In this document: positions 19,569-28,718 of the stretch, piece by piece
Position numbering within the stretch: position 1 is the stretch's first letter
Layout of the letters: each line of letters opens with the position of its first letter
NCBI GenBank assembly: GCA_900544595.1
Contig: UQVQ01000004.1
Coordinates: 64,275-128,274, forward strand
Length of the DNA stretch: 64,000 nt
Direction of reading: 5' to 3'
DNA from: an uncultured Bacillota bacterium
Lineage (GTDB): Bacteria > Bacillota > Clostridia > Christensenellales > UBA1242
Notes under the pieces: generated by a model
What the model was told of the DNA's origin: nothing
Databases searched by the model: none
The model's input: only the letters and a program-made list of their open reading frames with translations
Translations under genes and position numbers: made by a program

Positions 19569-19715
19569 ATGTTCGGCAAAAAAAATGCTGGAAGAAATTC
19601 TAAATCTTCCACAAAGAAAAGTTCCAGAACAAGCGTTGAAGCTGCAAAAGAAACAAACGCATATGGAACACGTAATTGCTCAGGAAGAAGTTCATCAAAC
19701 AGCTCGAGAAAATAG
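19569..19715 (+). CDS. Unannotated 48-aa basic, Ser-rich small protein
   Basis: AAAGGAGGTG SD 5 nt upstream. My translation: MFGKKNAGRNSKSSTKKSSRTSVEAAKETNAYGTRNCSGRSSSNSSRK. Strong terminator follows. Confidence 0.5.
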   Translation: MFGKKNAGRNSKSSTKKSSRTSVEAAKETNAYGTRNCSGRSSSNSSRK

Positions 19716-19732
19716 TTTGAGTTAGTGAACTT

Positions 19733-19764
19733 AAAAAAATCGACCATGTTTGGTCGATTTTTTA
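19733..19764. terminator. Bidirectional terminator (small ORF / tmk)
   Basis: AAAAATCGACCA-TGTT-TGGTCGATTTTT. Confidence 0.8.
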
Positions 19765-19766
19765 TC

Positions 19767-20441
19767 TTATTTATTAAAAAGTTTTTTAACAACTTCAAAT
19801 ATGTCGTTTGAAATTTCTTCAATTGATTTAAGGTTTCCGCTTTCGTTTAAACAAGAAATTTGCGTCCACCCATATTTGTTTGCAACATATTTTCCAGAAT
19901 TATATGCTTTTGTTAAATGGGAAATGTCTTGCTCCAAAATGTCTTTTTTGTTTCCAGATTTATATTCCCCGCGAGAGTCGGCAAGTTTCTTACTAACTTC
20001 AACTGGAACGTCAAGGAAAATAACGAGGTCTGGTTTTGGGAGTTTAAGTTTTCCAAATTCAAAATCGTTAACATAATCCAAAAACTTATCTCTTTCCTCT
20101 TGATTTTCGATGAGCGCCGCTTGATGAAGCATGGTTGATTCAACGTATCTGTCGAAAACAATGCTTCCGCCGTTTTCAATGTGGTCTTTAAGACCCATCA
20201 TCGTGCAAAGGCGGTCGACAGCATAAAGGGAATTTGCTTGATAGGCGTCTAGGCAACCAATGTCGCCAAATTCGCCGTTTAAATACATTTTAACAGGAGT
20301 GCAAGCGGGAGAGTCGTAGTTTGGGAAACTTTGAACTATGCAGTTAATTCCCGCCTCGTTAAGTTTTTCGCAGAGAATCTTTGCTTGAGTTTTTTTCCCG
20401 CTTCCGTCGGTTCCTTCAATAACAATAAATTTTCCTTTCAT
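19767..20441 (-). CDS. tmk: Thymidylate kinase
   Basis: KFIVIEGTDGSGKKTQ P-loop. Confidence 0.9.
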   Translation of the reverse strand: MKGKFIVIEGTDGSGKKTQAKILCEKLNEAGINCIVQSFPNYDSPACTPVKMYLNGEFGDIGCLDAYQANSLYAVDRLCTMMGLKDHIENGGSIVFDRYVESTMLHQAALIENQEERDKFLDYVNDFEFGKLKLPKPDLVIFLDVPVEVSKKLADSRGEYKSGNKKDILEQDISHLTKAYNSGKYVANKYGWTQISCLNESGNLKSIEEISNDIFEVVKKLFNK

Positions 20442-20623
20442 TCTTTCTCCACACTTTCCGATTGATATGTTTCGTTTGCTTTTTTAAGCTCGTTTTGCAA
20501 ACGGTTAATTTTAACAGTTTGAGCAATAACAACACAAAACAGCGCCAAAATAAGCGCAAAGCCCAAAACAATTAAAATTTTAGTCCAAAGTTTTTTCTTT
20601 GTTTGCTTTTTTAAATTTTCCAT
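20438..20623 (-). CDS. DivIC/FtsB-like septum formation initiator (short)
   Basis: Single TM plus coiled coil. Its position after yabP-yabQ matches the Bacillus yabP-yabQ-divIC order. Confidence 0.45.
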   Translation of the reverse strand: MENLKKQTKKKLWTKILIVLGFALILALFCVVIAQTVKINRLQNELKKANETYQSESVEKE

Positions 20624-20963
20624 TTGTTATTTTCCTTAGTATTCTAACAAATTGATTATAACACCACAAAGCGATTTTTGCAATTATTAAACCCAAAGAA
20701 AATCTTTCAAACAAAAGTCCGCAAACGAAAGCAATAACAAAATAGAAACGGAGTTGCCCAAAATTAAACGAAAGAACGCAAACAAGCATTATGAAAGAAC
20801 AAAGAAAAGAAACAATAATGTCTAAAACAAGTCCAACAATTTTGTTTTTGTTGCAAAGAAAATGAATGTAGTTTCGCGCGTCAACAAGAAGGCCGCTTGC
20901 AAATCCAATTGCAAGCGTTATAACAAAAATTAAAGGTTGAGAAAGAGTTTCAAACAAAAGCAT
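20580..20963 (-). CDS. yabQ: Spore cortex biosynthesis protein YabQ-like
   Basis: Polytopic 127-aa membrane protein directly downstream of yabP. Confidence 0.6.
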   Translation of the reverse strand: MLLFETLSQPLIFVITLAIGFASGLLVDARNYIHFLCNKNKIVGLVLDIIVSFLCSFIMLVCVLSFNFGQLRFYFVIAFVCGLLFERFSLGLIIAKIALWCYNQFVRILRKITNGKFKKANKEKTLD

Positions 20964-20977
20964 TATTGCGTTCTCTC

Positions 20978-21229
20978 TTATTTAAAGATTTTTTTGAATA
21001 AACTTAACTTTTCTTTTGCGCCAGAAAACTTGATGCAATAAATTTTCCCAGAAATTTCAATGTTTCCGCTTTCAACATCAAGTTTTTTAACCTCCATTGA
21101 ATTTCCGCTTATTTGAAGAATTGAGTTTTCCATTTCCAAAACAACCGAAGTTTCGCTTATAACATTTGCTTTTTTAATTCCCGAAATTGAAAGATTTTCT
21201 TGATTTATTAGTGTTAATCTATTTTCCAT
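20978..21229 (-). CDS. yabP: Sporulation protein YabP
   Basis: LSISGIKKANVISETSVVLEMENSILQISGNSMEVKKLDVESGNIEISG pattern typical of YabP. Confidence 0.8.
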   Translation of the reverse strand: MENRLTLINQENLSISGIKKANVISETSVVLEMENSILQISGNSMEVKKLDVESGNIEISGKIYCIKFSGAKEKLSLFKKIFK

Positions 21230-21355
21230 ACATTCTCCTTTATATATATTATTAAGGCGGCGAGAAATTAAGAATTAAAATTTTTTGTTTTATGTTGTCA
21301 TATTTTTTGAAAAAGCTTCATTCAATATATTAACTTTATTTTGGAGGGAAGCGGT

Positions 21356-22888
21356 ATGAACGAAAGCGTAAGCCAAACAAAAGCAGAAGCAGCAATCGAC
21401 AAGGAAATTGGAACAAAAAGAGAGCAACTTGATTTTTCTGTTATGTTGCCAGAAGAAAATGTTTCAAAAATTCTTTCAGCAAGCGCAAGCGTTTCAATTG
21501 AAAATTTTGAGGCGCTTTTGGGAGAAGTTTCGTTTTCTGGCGAGGCGTGCTTAAACATTGTCTATTCTCTTGAAGATGGAACAATTTCAAATCATAAAAT
21601 GTGCCAAGATTTTTCTGGAAAATTCGAAAACATTGCCTTCGACCCTTCTTCTCTTGTTAGAATAATTCCAAATGTTTTGGATGTTTCAATTGAAAAAGGA
21701 GTTGGAAACTCAATTAAAGTTAAAATTTCTCTTGAAAACTCATTCTCAATTGTTAAAAATCAGGAAATTGGTTTATATTCCAACACCGACGACTCAATTT
21801 TTGTTAAAGAATCGCAAATTGAACTTTTACGCCATTCAAAAAGAAATTGCTATAATTTTGTTCAAAACTCAGTTTTTGAAACAAAACTTCCTGTTGGAAA
21901 GATTTTGGATGTAACAGGCTCGGTTGTTGTTAATAAAGCAGACGCGCTAGACGGAATTGTTGTTTTTGAAGGGGAAACAATAACAAAACTTCTTTATGCA
22001 ACAGAAGACGATCGCCCTCTCCTTGTTTCTCTTGTTAACAAAGATATGTTCCGCGAGGAGGTTGAAGATGAAAATTCAGCGCGAGAAAACATTGTTGAAG
22101 GATACGCCTGCGTCGCCAATAAAGACATTGAAGAAACCGTTAATGCGGAAAATAAAACGATTGAAATTAGCGTTCCAATTAAAATTTGTTATGACCTTTT
22201 TGAGATGAACGGAGCAGTTGTTTGCGATGACGCCTATTCAACAGAAAAAGAAATAAATTTAACAACCGAAGCGTTCATTTCAACCGAACTTGTTAAAACC
22301 GAGGTTTTCGATAACAAGATTGACGGGAATGTAACCCTCGACGAAGACACCCTTCGAATTGACAAGATTTTGGCAGTTGACGGAGCATATTTAACCCCAC
22401 AAGTTGAAACCTATCAAAACGGAGAACTTCAAAGCGAAGGACTTATCCACCTTAACATTATATATCTTAACGACGAAGAAGAAAATGTTAACTCTGTTTC
22501 AATTGAAATTCCATATGCGTTCAAAGAAAAAGTTGGGGAAGATGACAATCTTCGAGTTAGAACAAACAGCCAAATTATTGAAATTGACGCAACAGCAAAA
22601 CGCGGTCGCGACATCTATGTTGACGGGAAAATTAAAACGCAAGTTTGGCTTTTAAAAGACAAAGAAAACGCAGTTGTTAGCGAAATTGTTGAAGGCGAAA
22701 AATATGCCGAACGCGACAGTGCAATTGAAATTTATTTTGCCGAAGAGGGGAAAACTTTCTGGGATGTTGCAAAAGAACTTCACGTTTCCGAAGATGAGCT
22801 TAAAGAACAAAATAAAGAGATTGTTGAACCATTTGCAGCGCCAGAAAAAATTGTTTTCTTCGAACAATATAAAGTTGATATGGACTAA
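21356..22888 (+). CDS. SipL/SpoVID-like spore coat morphogenetic protein candidate (SPOCS/DUF3794-like repeats plus C-terminal LysM-like domain)
   Basis: GGAGGG SD before the ATG at 21356. C-terminal IEIYFAEEGKTFWDVAKELHVSEDELKEQN is LysM-like. Divergent from yabP. Confidence 0.5.
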   Translation: MNESVSQTKAEAAIDKEIGTKREQLDFSVMLPEENVSKILSASASVSIENFEALLGEVSFSGEACLNIVYSLEDGTISNHKMCQDFSGKFENIAFDPSSLVRIIPNVLDVSIEKGVGNSIKVKISLENSFSIVKNQEIGLYSNTDDSIFVKESQIELLRHSKRNCYNFVQNSVFETKLPVGKILDVTGSVVVNKADALDGIVVFEGETITKLLYATEDDRPLLVSLVNKDMFREEVEDENSARENIVEGYACVANKDIEETVNAENKTIEISVPIKICYDLFEMNGAVVCDDAYSTEKEINLTTEAFISTELVKTEVFDNKIDGNVTLDEDTLRIDKILAVDGAYLTPQVETYQNGELQSEGLIHLNIIYLNDEEENVNSVSIEIPYAFKEKVGEDDNLRVRTNSQIIEIDATAKRGRDIYVDGKIKTQVWLLKDKENAVVSEIVEGEKYAERDSAIEIYFAEEGKTFWDVAKELHVSEDELKEQNKEIVEPFAAPEKIVFFEQYKVDMD

Positions 22889-22955
22889 TAATTTAACAAA
22901 ATAACTTAAAAAACAACAAAAAAATGGGTTTTTCGCCCATTTTTTATTTAATTTT

Positions 22956-24467
22956 TTAAAATTCATTTGAATTAAGTTTTAAAAATGCTTCGGCTGTTGC
23001 AAGAGCGTCGGCATAGGCGCGATGGGCTCCGTCGAGAGTTATTTCAAGACGTTTAACAACGTCGCCAAGGCGATAGCGAGGAAGGCGAAGTTTGCTTTTA
23101 GCAAGAGGCATAACATCAACAAACTCGTTATCGAAAACAAGCCCTTGTTTTTTTGCCGCTTGAAGAACAAACTTTTGGTCGAAGGAAACATTGTATCCAA
23201 CAAGAGCGCTTCCGCGAGTGTAGCGAAAGAAATCACGAATAACAACATCGACGCTTGGGCATGATTCAACCATTGCATCGGTTATGTTGTTGATTGCCGT
23301 TGCGGAAAGCGGAATTGGGTTTGCAGGTTTAATTAGCGAAGAGAATTTTGAAACAATAGTTCCTTTTTCAATTTTAACAGCTCCAATTTCCAAAAGTTCG
23401 TCGTTTTCATAGTCTAATCCAGTTGTTTCAACATCAAAAACAACAAAAGTTCCCCGTTCGATGAATGGGTTATAAATAACTTGTCTTTTAAATAAGTTGT
23501 CTTGAGAAAGAATGGAATATGGCGTTACACAGGGTGTTTCATATTCGTTAGAAAACACTTGTTTAAGTTCAATTTTTTCTGGAAGTTTACATCTTGAAAT
23601 TGCCTTAACATAAAGAGTTAATTTTTTGTTAAACTCTTCAATGTCGCCCAAAATCAAAACTTCGTCGCCAGAAAGAAGTTGAGCAAATTTTTTTTCGTTT
23701 GCAATTGTTGTGAAATAACGAACATCAATTTTTGCGGTTGTGTCGTTAAGAACAAAAGCAAAATAGTTTTTTCTTTGTCCAATCATTTTGCCTTTTTTAA
23801 CTTCATAACTTTTCTCTTCAAAATTTTCAATTTTCCCTGCAAGAATAACCGAAGTTTTTGCCGACTTAATGTTTTTAATATATTCTGGATTTGGGGAAAT
23901 TTCGCCCCCAAAAAGATTTCTAAATTGTTCAACTTGATATCTTGGAACTGTTGGTTTAAGTTTTTGAATTGGTTTAAGTTCAATATCTTTCGCAATTTCG
24001 CCTTTCTCAATAACTAGCGTAAATTCGGTGCAAAATTGTTTTTCCATTTCTTTTTTTGCCGCTGTTTTAAGTTCGTTTTCGTTAAAAAATTCCAAAAAAC
24101 CTTTGTCAATAACAAGCGAAACTGTTGTTTGAGAAAAGTCTTTCAAAACCTTTGCGCTTTCTTTGCTAACAAAAGGAACAACGGAAGGAAAAGCTGAACT
24201 TAAAAAATCGAAAAGAGCTTTTAAAACAAGATTATCGTCCAAATAACTTTTCTTAAATTTAACAGTTAAGGTTGAGTTAAGAGGAAGAATTGATTTTATG
24301 TATGTTTCAAGTTCCAACTTTTCGTCGTCGGAAAGATTTTTGTTTTCAGGATATAAAAAAGTTATGCAGCACGAAGCCGAAGCTTTTTTAAGTGTTACAT
24401 TAAGAAGTTTTAGGAAACTATATTTATTTTCAAATTCTGTGTTAATTTTTGAAAGTAACCAATCCAT
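22956..24467 (-). CDS. PolC-like N-terminal domain + OB fold + DEDDh 3'-5' exonuclease; no polymerase or PHP core
   Basis: Exo motifs FDVETTGL, GYNVSFDQKF and HRAYADALATAE. The OB-like segment (ILAGKIENFEEKSY...IDVRYF...GDEVLILGDIEEFNKKLTLYV) resembles the PolC OB domain. Confidence 0.7.
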   Translation of the reverse strand: MDWLLSKINTEFENKYSFLKLLNVTLKKASASCCITFLYPENKNLSDDEKLELETYIKSILPLNSTLTVKFKKSYLDDNLVLKALFDFLSSAFPSVVPFVSKESAKVLKDFSQTTVSLVIDKGFLEFFNENELKTAAKKEMEKQFCTEFTLVIEKGEIAKDIELKPIQKLKPTVPRYQVEQFRNLFGGEISPNPEYIKNIKSAKTSVILAGKIENFEEKSYEVKKGKMIGQRKNYFAFVLNDTTAKIDVRYFTTIANEKKFAQLLSGDEVLILGDIEEFNKKLTLYVKAISRCKLPEKIELKQVFSNEYETPCVTPYSILSQDNLFKRQVIYNPFIERGTFVVFDVETTGLDYENDELLEIGAVKIEKGTIVSKFSSLIKPANPIPLSATAINNITDAMVESCPSVDVVIRDFFRYTRGSALVGYNVSFDQKFVLQAAKKQGLVFDNEFVDVMPLAKSKLRLPRYRLGDVVKRLEITLDGAHRAYADALATAEAFLKLNSNEF

Positions 24468-24536
24468 GCTTAAATTTTACAATAAAAATAAATTTAAAAC
24501 AAGATTTTAGCAATAAAAAAACTGCATTTTGCAGTT

Positions 24537-25112
24537 TTATTCTCCAAGTGGATATATTGAAAGCGCAAATTCGAACTGTGCGTTTTTAATAAGTTGGCTT
24601 TTGTTAATTGATGAAATTGTTATCGTTAAGATTTCGCTTTTTCCTTTTTCAAGCGAAAAAGTTTTAGGTTGTGAAAATTGAATGTTAAGATTCTCAATTG
24701 AATCTGGGCTATTTTTAATGTGGCAACTTATTGTGTTTTCTCCCAAATTAACAATTGTTAAAGAAAGGATAATGTCGTCTTGATTTTCGTTAAACTCAAC
24801 TGCGCTTCCCCAAGAATCGAGTTCGAGTTTTGAAGGAGAGGAAGATGGCGAAAAGGTAAGAGTTGAAAAATTATGAGATGATTTTGCGCCGGTTATGCCG
24901 CCAGAGATATTTGCTGAAATTTCGTGAACATTAAAAGTGAACGAACTTTCAACTCTTGAAGAGGGGCGAGGGATAAACAAAATGCCAAAAACAACAAACA
25001 TAACGGAAAGAATAAACATTGGAACAACAAGAATAAGCCTTGCTTTAAGCTTATTCAAATAGTTTTTTCTTCCTTCTTGAATTTGAAGGTTTTTCTCAAT
25101 TTCGTTTCCCAA
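24537..25112 (-). CDS. Hypothetical membrane-anchored protein
   Basis: ORF with an N-terminal TM. Start moved to the TTG at 25112, preceded by GGAGAAAAA, which removes the overlap with rseP. Terminator at 24510-24535. Confidence 0.45.
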   Translation of the reverse strand: MGNEIEKNLQIQEGRKNYLNKLKARLILVVPMFILSVMFVVFGILFIPRPSSRVESSFTFNVHEISANISGGITGAKSSHNFSTLTFSPSSSPSKLELDSWGSAVEFNENQDDIILSLTIVNLGENTISCHIKNSPDSIENLNIQFSQPKTFSLEKGKSEILTITISSINKSQLIKNAQFEFALSIYPLGE

Positions 25113-25131
25113 ATTTTTCTCCAAATGATAG

Positions 25132-26280
25132 TTATAAAACAAAATGCAAAATGTCCAGAACAACAACAAGCGTTAGCAGGAATATCAGCCCGCACATATT
25201 TATTATTCCCTGAACTTTTGGCTTTATAGGCTTCTTTCGAATCCATTCAATTCCCGTGAAAACAATTTGAGCCCCGTCGAGCGCTGGGAAAGGAAGCAGA
25301 TTAAACATGGCAAGGTTTGCCGAAATCAGTGGAATTAAAACAAACAAGTTAACAATTGACGCCTGCGCGCTTGTTGCAATCATACCTATTGTGGCAATTG
25401 GACCTCCAACGTCTTTTGTTGTAAGTTGGAAAGTTATAAGCATCCAAAGGGATTTCAAAACTGCCCATGCCATCATAACCGCAAGAATGAAAGCTTCGCC
25501 AAGCGCTTCAAAAAATGGGCGAGGGTATAGTTTAAGGTTTGTTCCAATTGTGTAGATTGCTTTTCCTTCGGAATCGAACGCATAAATCGCGTTGTTTGTT
25601 GTGTCGGCAAGTTGCTCTGGGGTTAAAGTTGCTGGGTTAACCCCTTCGGCAAACATCTGTTTCTTTTGAATTTTAACTTTCAAAAATTCATATTGGTTAG
25701 ATTCTGGGTTAAGTCTTTTAATTGTAACTTCAAAATCTTGATTGTTAGGTTGCTGACGCAAAAGGGCGGTTATTGTTCCGTTTGTTGCAAAGCAAACTTT
25801 TTTTCCTTCAACTCCATAAATAACATCGCCTTGTTGCAGATTTGGATTGTAAACGGAAGGGTTGTTTGAAACTTGATAGATGTCAAATCCAAAGCAAACA
25901 AGCAAGATAAATGAAAAAACAATTGCAGAAAGAAAATTGAAAAACGCTCCCATGAAAAGAACAATAATTCGCTTCCAAGGTTTTTGATTTGTGAATGCGT
26001 CGGGATTTTTTTCTGCCCCCTCGCCGTTTTCTCCTTCAAAAGCACAGTATCCTCCAAGAGGGAAAAGACGAATTGAAAACTTTTCGCCGCGTTTGTTTGT
26101 TCGAGAAAAAATTGCCTTTCCAAAGCCAATTGAAAATTCATTGATTTTAAATTTAAGAATTCGACCTGCGGTGTAGTGCCCCAATTCGTGAATCATAATC
26201 ATAAGCAAGAAAACAAGAATTGCAACAATAACATAAACAATCATCATTGGATTGAACGCACAAAGAAAATTTAGATTCAC
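25132..26280 (-). CDS. rseP: RIP metalloprotease RseP/RasP (site-2 protease)
   Basis: HELGHY, NLLPFPALDG; synteny with cdsA. Confidence 0.9.
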   Translation of the reverse strand: MNLNFLCAFNPMMIVYVIVAILVFLLMIMIHELGHYTAGRILKFKINEFSIGFGKAIFSRTNKRGEKFSIRLFPLGGYCAFEGENGEGAEKNPDAFTNQKPWKRIIVLFMGAFFNFLSAIVFSFILLVCFGFDIYQVSNNPSVYNPNLQQGDVIYGVEGKKVCFATNGTITALLRQQPNNQDFEVTIKRLNPESNQYEFLKVKIQKKQMFAEGVNPATLTPEQLADTTNNAIYAFDSEGKAIYTIGTNLKLYPRPFFEALGEAFILAVMMAWAVLKSLWMLITFQLTTKDVGGPIATIGMIATSAQASIVNLFVLIPLISANLAMFNLLPFPALDGAQIVFTGIEWIRKKPIKPKVQGIINMCGLIFLLTLVVVLDILHFVL

Positions 26281-26294
26281 TTATTTCTCCTTAT

Positions 26295-27248
26295 CTATAT
26301 AATAAATGCAAAAATGAAAAATGCCAAAACAAATGGGGCATTAAAAATGTGGCTGTCGAATCTGTCGAGGAAACCGCCATGCCCTGGGAAAATGTTTCCG
26401 CTGTCTTTAACATTTGCTCGTCTTTTAATAAAAGACTCAAAAAGGTCGCCAAGTTGGCAAACAATTGCGCCAACAAAACCAAGAATAACAAAGTGCCAAA
26501 CTTGAATTCCAAGCCTACTAAAACCGTTTGCAACAACTCCAAAGGCATTAAAAACATAGAAGAATGCGCCGCAAACAAGACTTGTTAAAATTGTTGCGCA
26601 AATAGAACCCGAAATTGTTTTGTTTGGGCTTATTTTAGGGCAAAGTTTTGGGCCTTTAAAAAGCATTCCGCAAAGCATTGCAAATGTGTCGGTTAAGATT
26701 GGGATTAGGAAGGTTACGATAAGCGCAACCCAACCAAGATTACCTTTAAAAAGTTCAACATTTGAGGAAGAGAATGCGTCGATTCTGTTAAGAAGCATAA
26801 GGGCAAGAAGAAAACAACTTGGATAAACAAAAGTTAATGCAGATTTAAGGGCAACTCTTGATGCATAAGCAAGTTTGTTTATTTTATTTTCTTCGCAATA
26901 TGCCTTAACTTGTTTTGTTTTAAGACAAAGGTAAACAATAAAAGTTGTAAGCATTGTTGCAAGAAGAATTGAAAGTTGAATAACAGCATAGAAATATGGT
27001 TTAAGTTCAAAAACAAAAAACAGCATATGTCCGGCAAACATAAGAGAAGGATAAATTCCCGCCGCCATTTGAGATGCAGGAACTCCGTTTGCGCTTATAA
27101 GTTTTGAAAACTCAAGGGCGCAAAAAACGCAAACTGCCGCAACAATTAAATCGAAAAAATATACGCCATAGTTGTTGATTAGCCTAAGCGCAAAAGCACC
27201 GCCAAGAACAGCAATTAAAATTGACGCAACAATAACTCTTTTTTTCAT
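26295..27248 (-). CDS. cdsA: Phosphatidate cytidylyltransferase
   Basis: SFIKRRANVKDSGNIFPGHGGFLDRFDS. Confidence 0.9.
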   Translation of the reverse strand: MKKRVIVASILIAVLGGAFALRLINNYGVYFFDLIVAAVCVFCALEFSKLISANGVPASQMAAGIYPSLMFAGHMLFFVFELKPYFYAVIQLSILLATMLTTFIVYLCLKTKQVKAYCEENKINKLAYASRVALKSALTFVYPSCFLLALMLLNRIDAFSSSNVELFKGNLGWVALIVTFLIPILTDTFAMLCGMLFKGPKLCPKISPNKTISGSICATILTSLVCGAFFYVFNAFGVVANGFSRLGIQVWHFVILGFVGAIVCQLGDLFESFIKRRANVKDSGNIFPGHGGFLDRFDSHIFNAPFVLAFFIFAFII

Positions 27249-27260
27249 TTGTTCCTCCTG

Positions 27261-27953
27261 TTACCTTATGTTTCCAAATCTCCTATCTCGCTTTGCAAAT
27301 TCTTTGCAGCATTGTTTAAGTTTTCTTTCGTTAAAACTTGGCCAGAAGTATTTTGGGAAATAGAATTCTGCATATGCAATTTGCCAAAGCATAAAATTGC
27401 TTATTCTTTGTTCGCCGCCTGTTCGAATAACAAAATCGAGAGGGGGGAGAGAAGATGTGTAAAGCTCTTTTTCGAAATCTTCTTCCAAAATATTTGTTTT
27501 CCCGCTTTCAATAAGTCTGTTTGCCGCGCGAACAATCTCCGCGCGCCCTCCATAGTTAATTGCAACATTAAAAATCAAGCCCGTGTTATTTTTTGTTGCG
27601 TCAGTAAGTTTTTCAAGTTTTGTTTGAAGATTTGTGTTAAGCTTTGAAATATCTCCCATAACAAGAAATTTATAGTTGTTTCTAACAAACCTATCGAAAT
27701 TTTCGTCAAGCGTTTTTTCGATTATATCAAAAATCCCGTTAACCTCTTCTTTCGAACGCTTCCAGTTTTCGGTTGAAAAAGCATAAACCGAAACAACCTT
27801 AATTCCAATTTTGTTTGCGGCAATAAGCATTTTCTTAACGGCGTTTGCTCCGGCTTTGTGACCAACAAGTCGTGGGGAATGGTGTTTTTTTGCCCATCTT
27901 CCGTTTCCGTCCAAAATTATGCCAATGTGGCAAGGGGGATTAGCTATTTTCAT
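27261..27953 (-). CDS. uppS: Undecaprenyl diphosphate synthase
   Basis: HIGIILDGNGRWAKK, ENWKR and FLLWQ-like motifs. Start set at the MKIANPP ATG at 27953, downstream of the frr stop. Confidence 0.9.
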   Translation of the reverse strand: MKIANPPCHIGIILDGNGRWAKKHHSPRLVGHKAGANAVKKMLIAANKIGIKVVSVYAFSTENWKRSKEEVNGIFDIIEKTLDENFDRFVRNNYKFLVMGDISKLNTNLQTKLEKLTDATKNNTGLIFNVAINYGGRAEIVRAANRLIESGKTNILEEDFEKELYTSSLPPLDFVIRTGGEQRISNFMLWQIAYAEFYFPKYFWPSFNERKLKQCCKEFAKRDRRFGNIR

Positions 27954-27970
27954 TTTATTTGTTCTCTCAA

Positions 27971-28537
27971 CTAGACTTCCATGGTTTCTTTTTCTTTTGC
28001 AAGGCAAACTTCGTCGGCAATTGCGTTATATTTGTCAACAAGTTTTTGAACTTCCTTTTCTGCACTATCGTATGCATCTTCGGAAAGAGAAGAATCTTTT
28101 TTCATTTGCTTAAAAATGTCCAAGCAATCTCTTCTTGAATTTCGAATTGAAATTTTTGCATTTTCGCAAAGAGATTTAACATTTTTAACAATGTCGCGTC
28201 TTCTTTCCTCGGTTAATGCAGGGAAAATAAGACGAATAACTTTTCCGTCGTCAATTGGAGTGATTCCAATGTCTGCTTGCGAAATTGCCTTGGAAACATT
28301 TTGAAGTTGCGATGAATCCCAAACACTTATCATAAGCATTCGAGCTTCTGGAACAGAAATGTTTGCCATTTGGTTAATTGGAGTTGGAACTCCATAGTAT
28401 TCTACTGTAACTTTGTCTAAAATATGTGGATTAGCGCGGCCTGCGCGAATAACTTGATATTCGTTTTTTAGATAGGAAATTGCCTTTTCCATATCGTCAC
28501 GGCAGGCGTCCATATATTCTTTAATTTCTTCGTCCAC
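27971..28537 (-). CDS. frr: Ribosome recycling factor
   Basis: RAGRANPHILDKVTVEYYG and LTEERRRDIVK. Confidence 0.92.
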   Translation of the reverse strand: MDEEIKEYMDACRDDMEKAISYLKNEYQVIRAGRANPHILDKVTVEYYGVPTPINQMANISVPEARMLMISVWDSSQLQNVSKAISQADIGITPIDDGKVIRLIFPALTEERRRDIVKNVKSLCENAKISIRNSRRDCLDIFKQMKKDSSLSEDAYDSAEKEVQKLVDKYNAIADEVCLAKEKETMEV

Positions 28538-28668
28538 TTTTTCATACTCCTCTTAATTTAATGATAGTGATATTTTATAACAAATTTTTGTATTTTCCAA
28601 ACGATTATTTATCTCCCAAAAGTTGATTATTTTTCGTTTAAAATCGCCTTCTTTTTAAGATTTTACTA

Positions 28669-28697
28669 TTGACAGATTTTATCGTTTGCGATATAAT
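28669..28697 (+). promoter_or_regulatory. Consensus sigma-A promoter of the GLUG-repeat gene
   Basis: TTGACA 28669-28674, 17-nt spacer, TATAAT 28692-28697. Confidence 0.65.
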
Positions 28698-28718
28698 TCT
28701 TAGCGAAGGAGATAAATT

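Noticed and set aside
19526-19822. 98-aa minus-strand ORF
   Set aside because: It overlaps the tmk 3' end, runs through a strong bidirectional terminator and has no SD. The plus-strand 48-aa ORF with a strong SD explains the region better.
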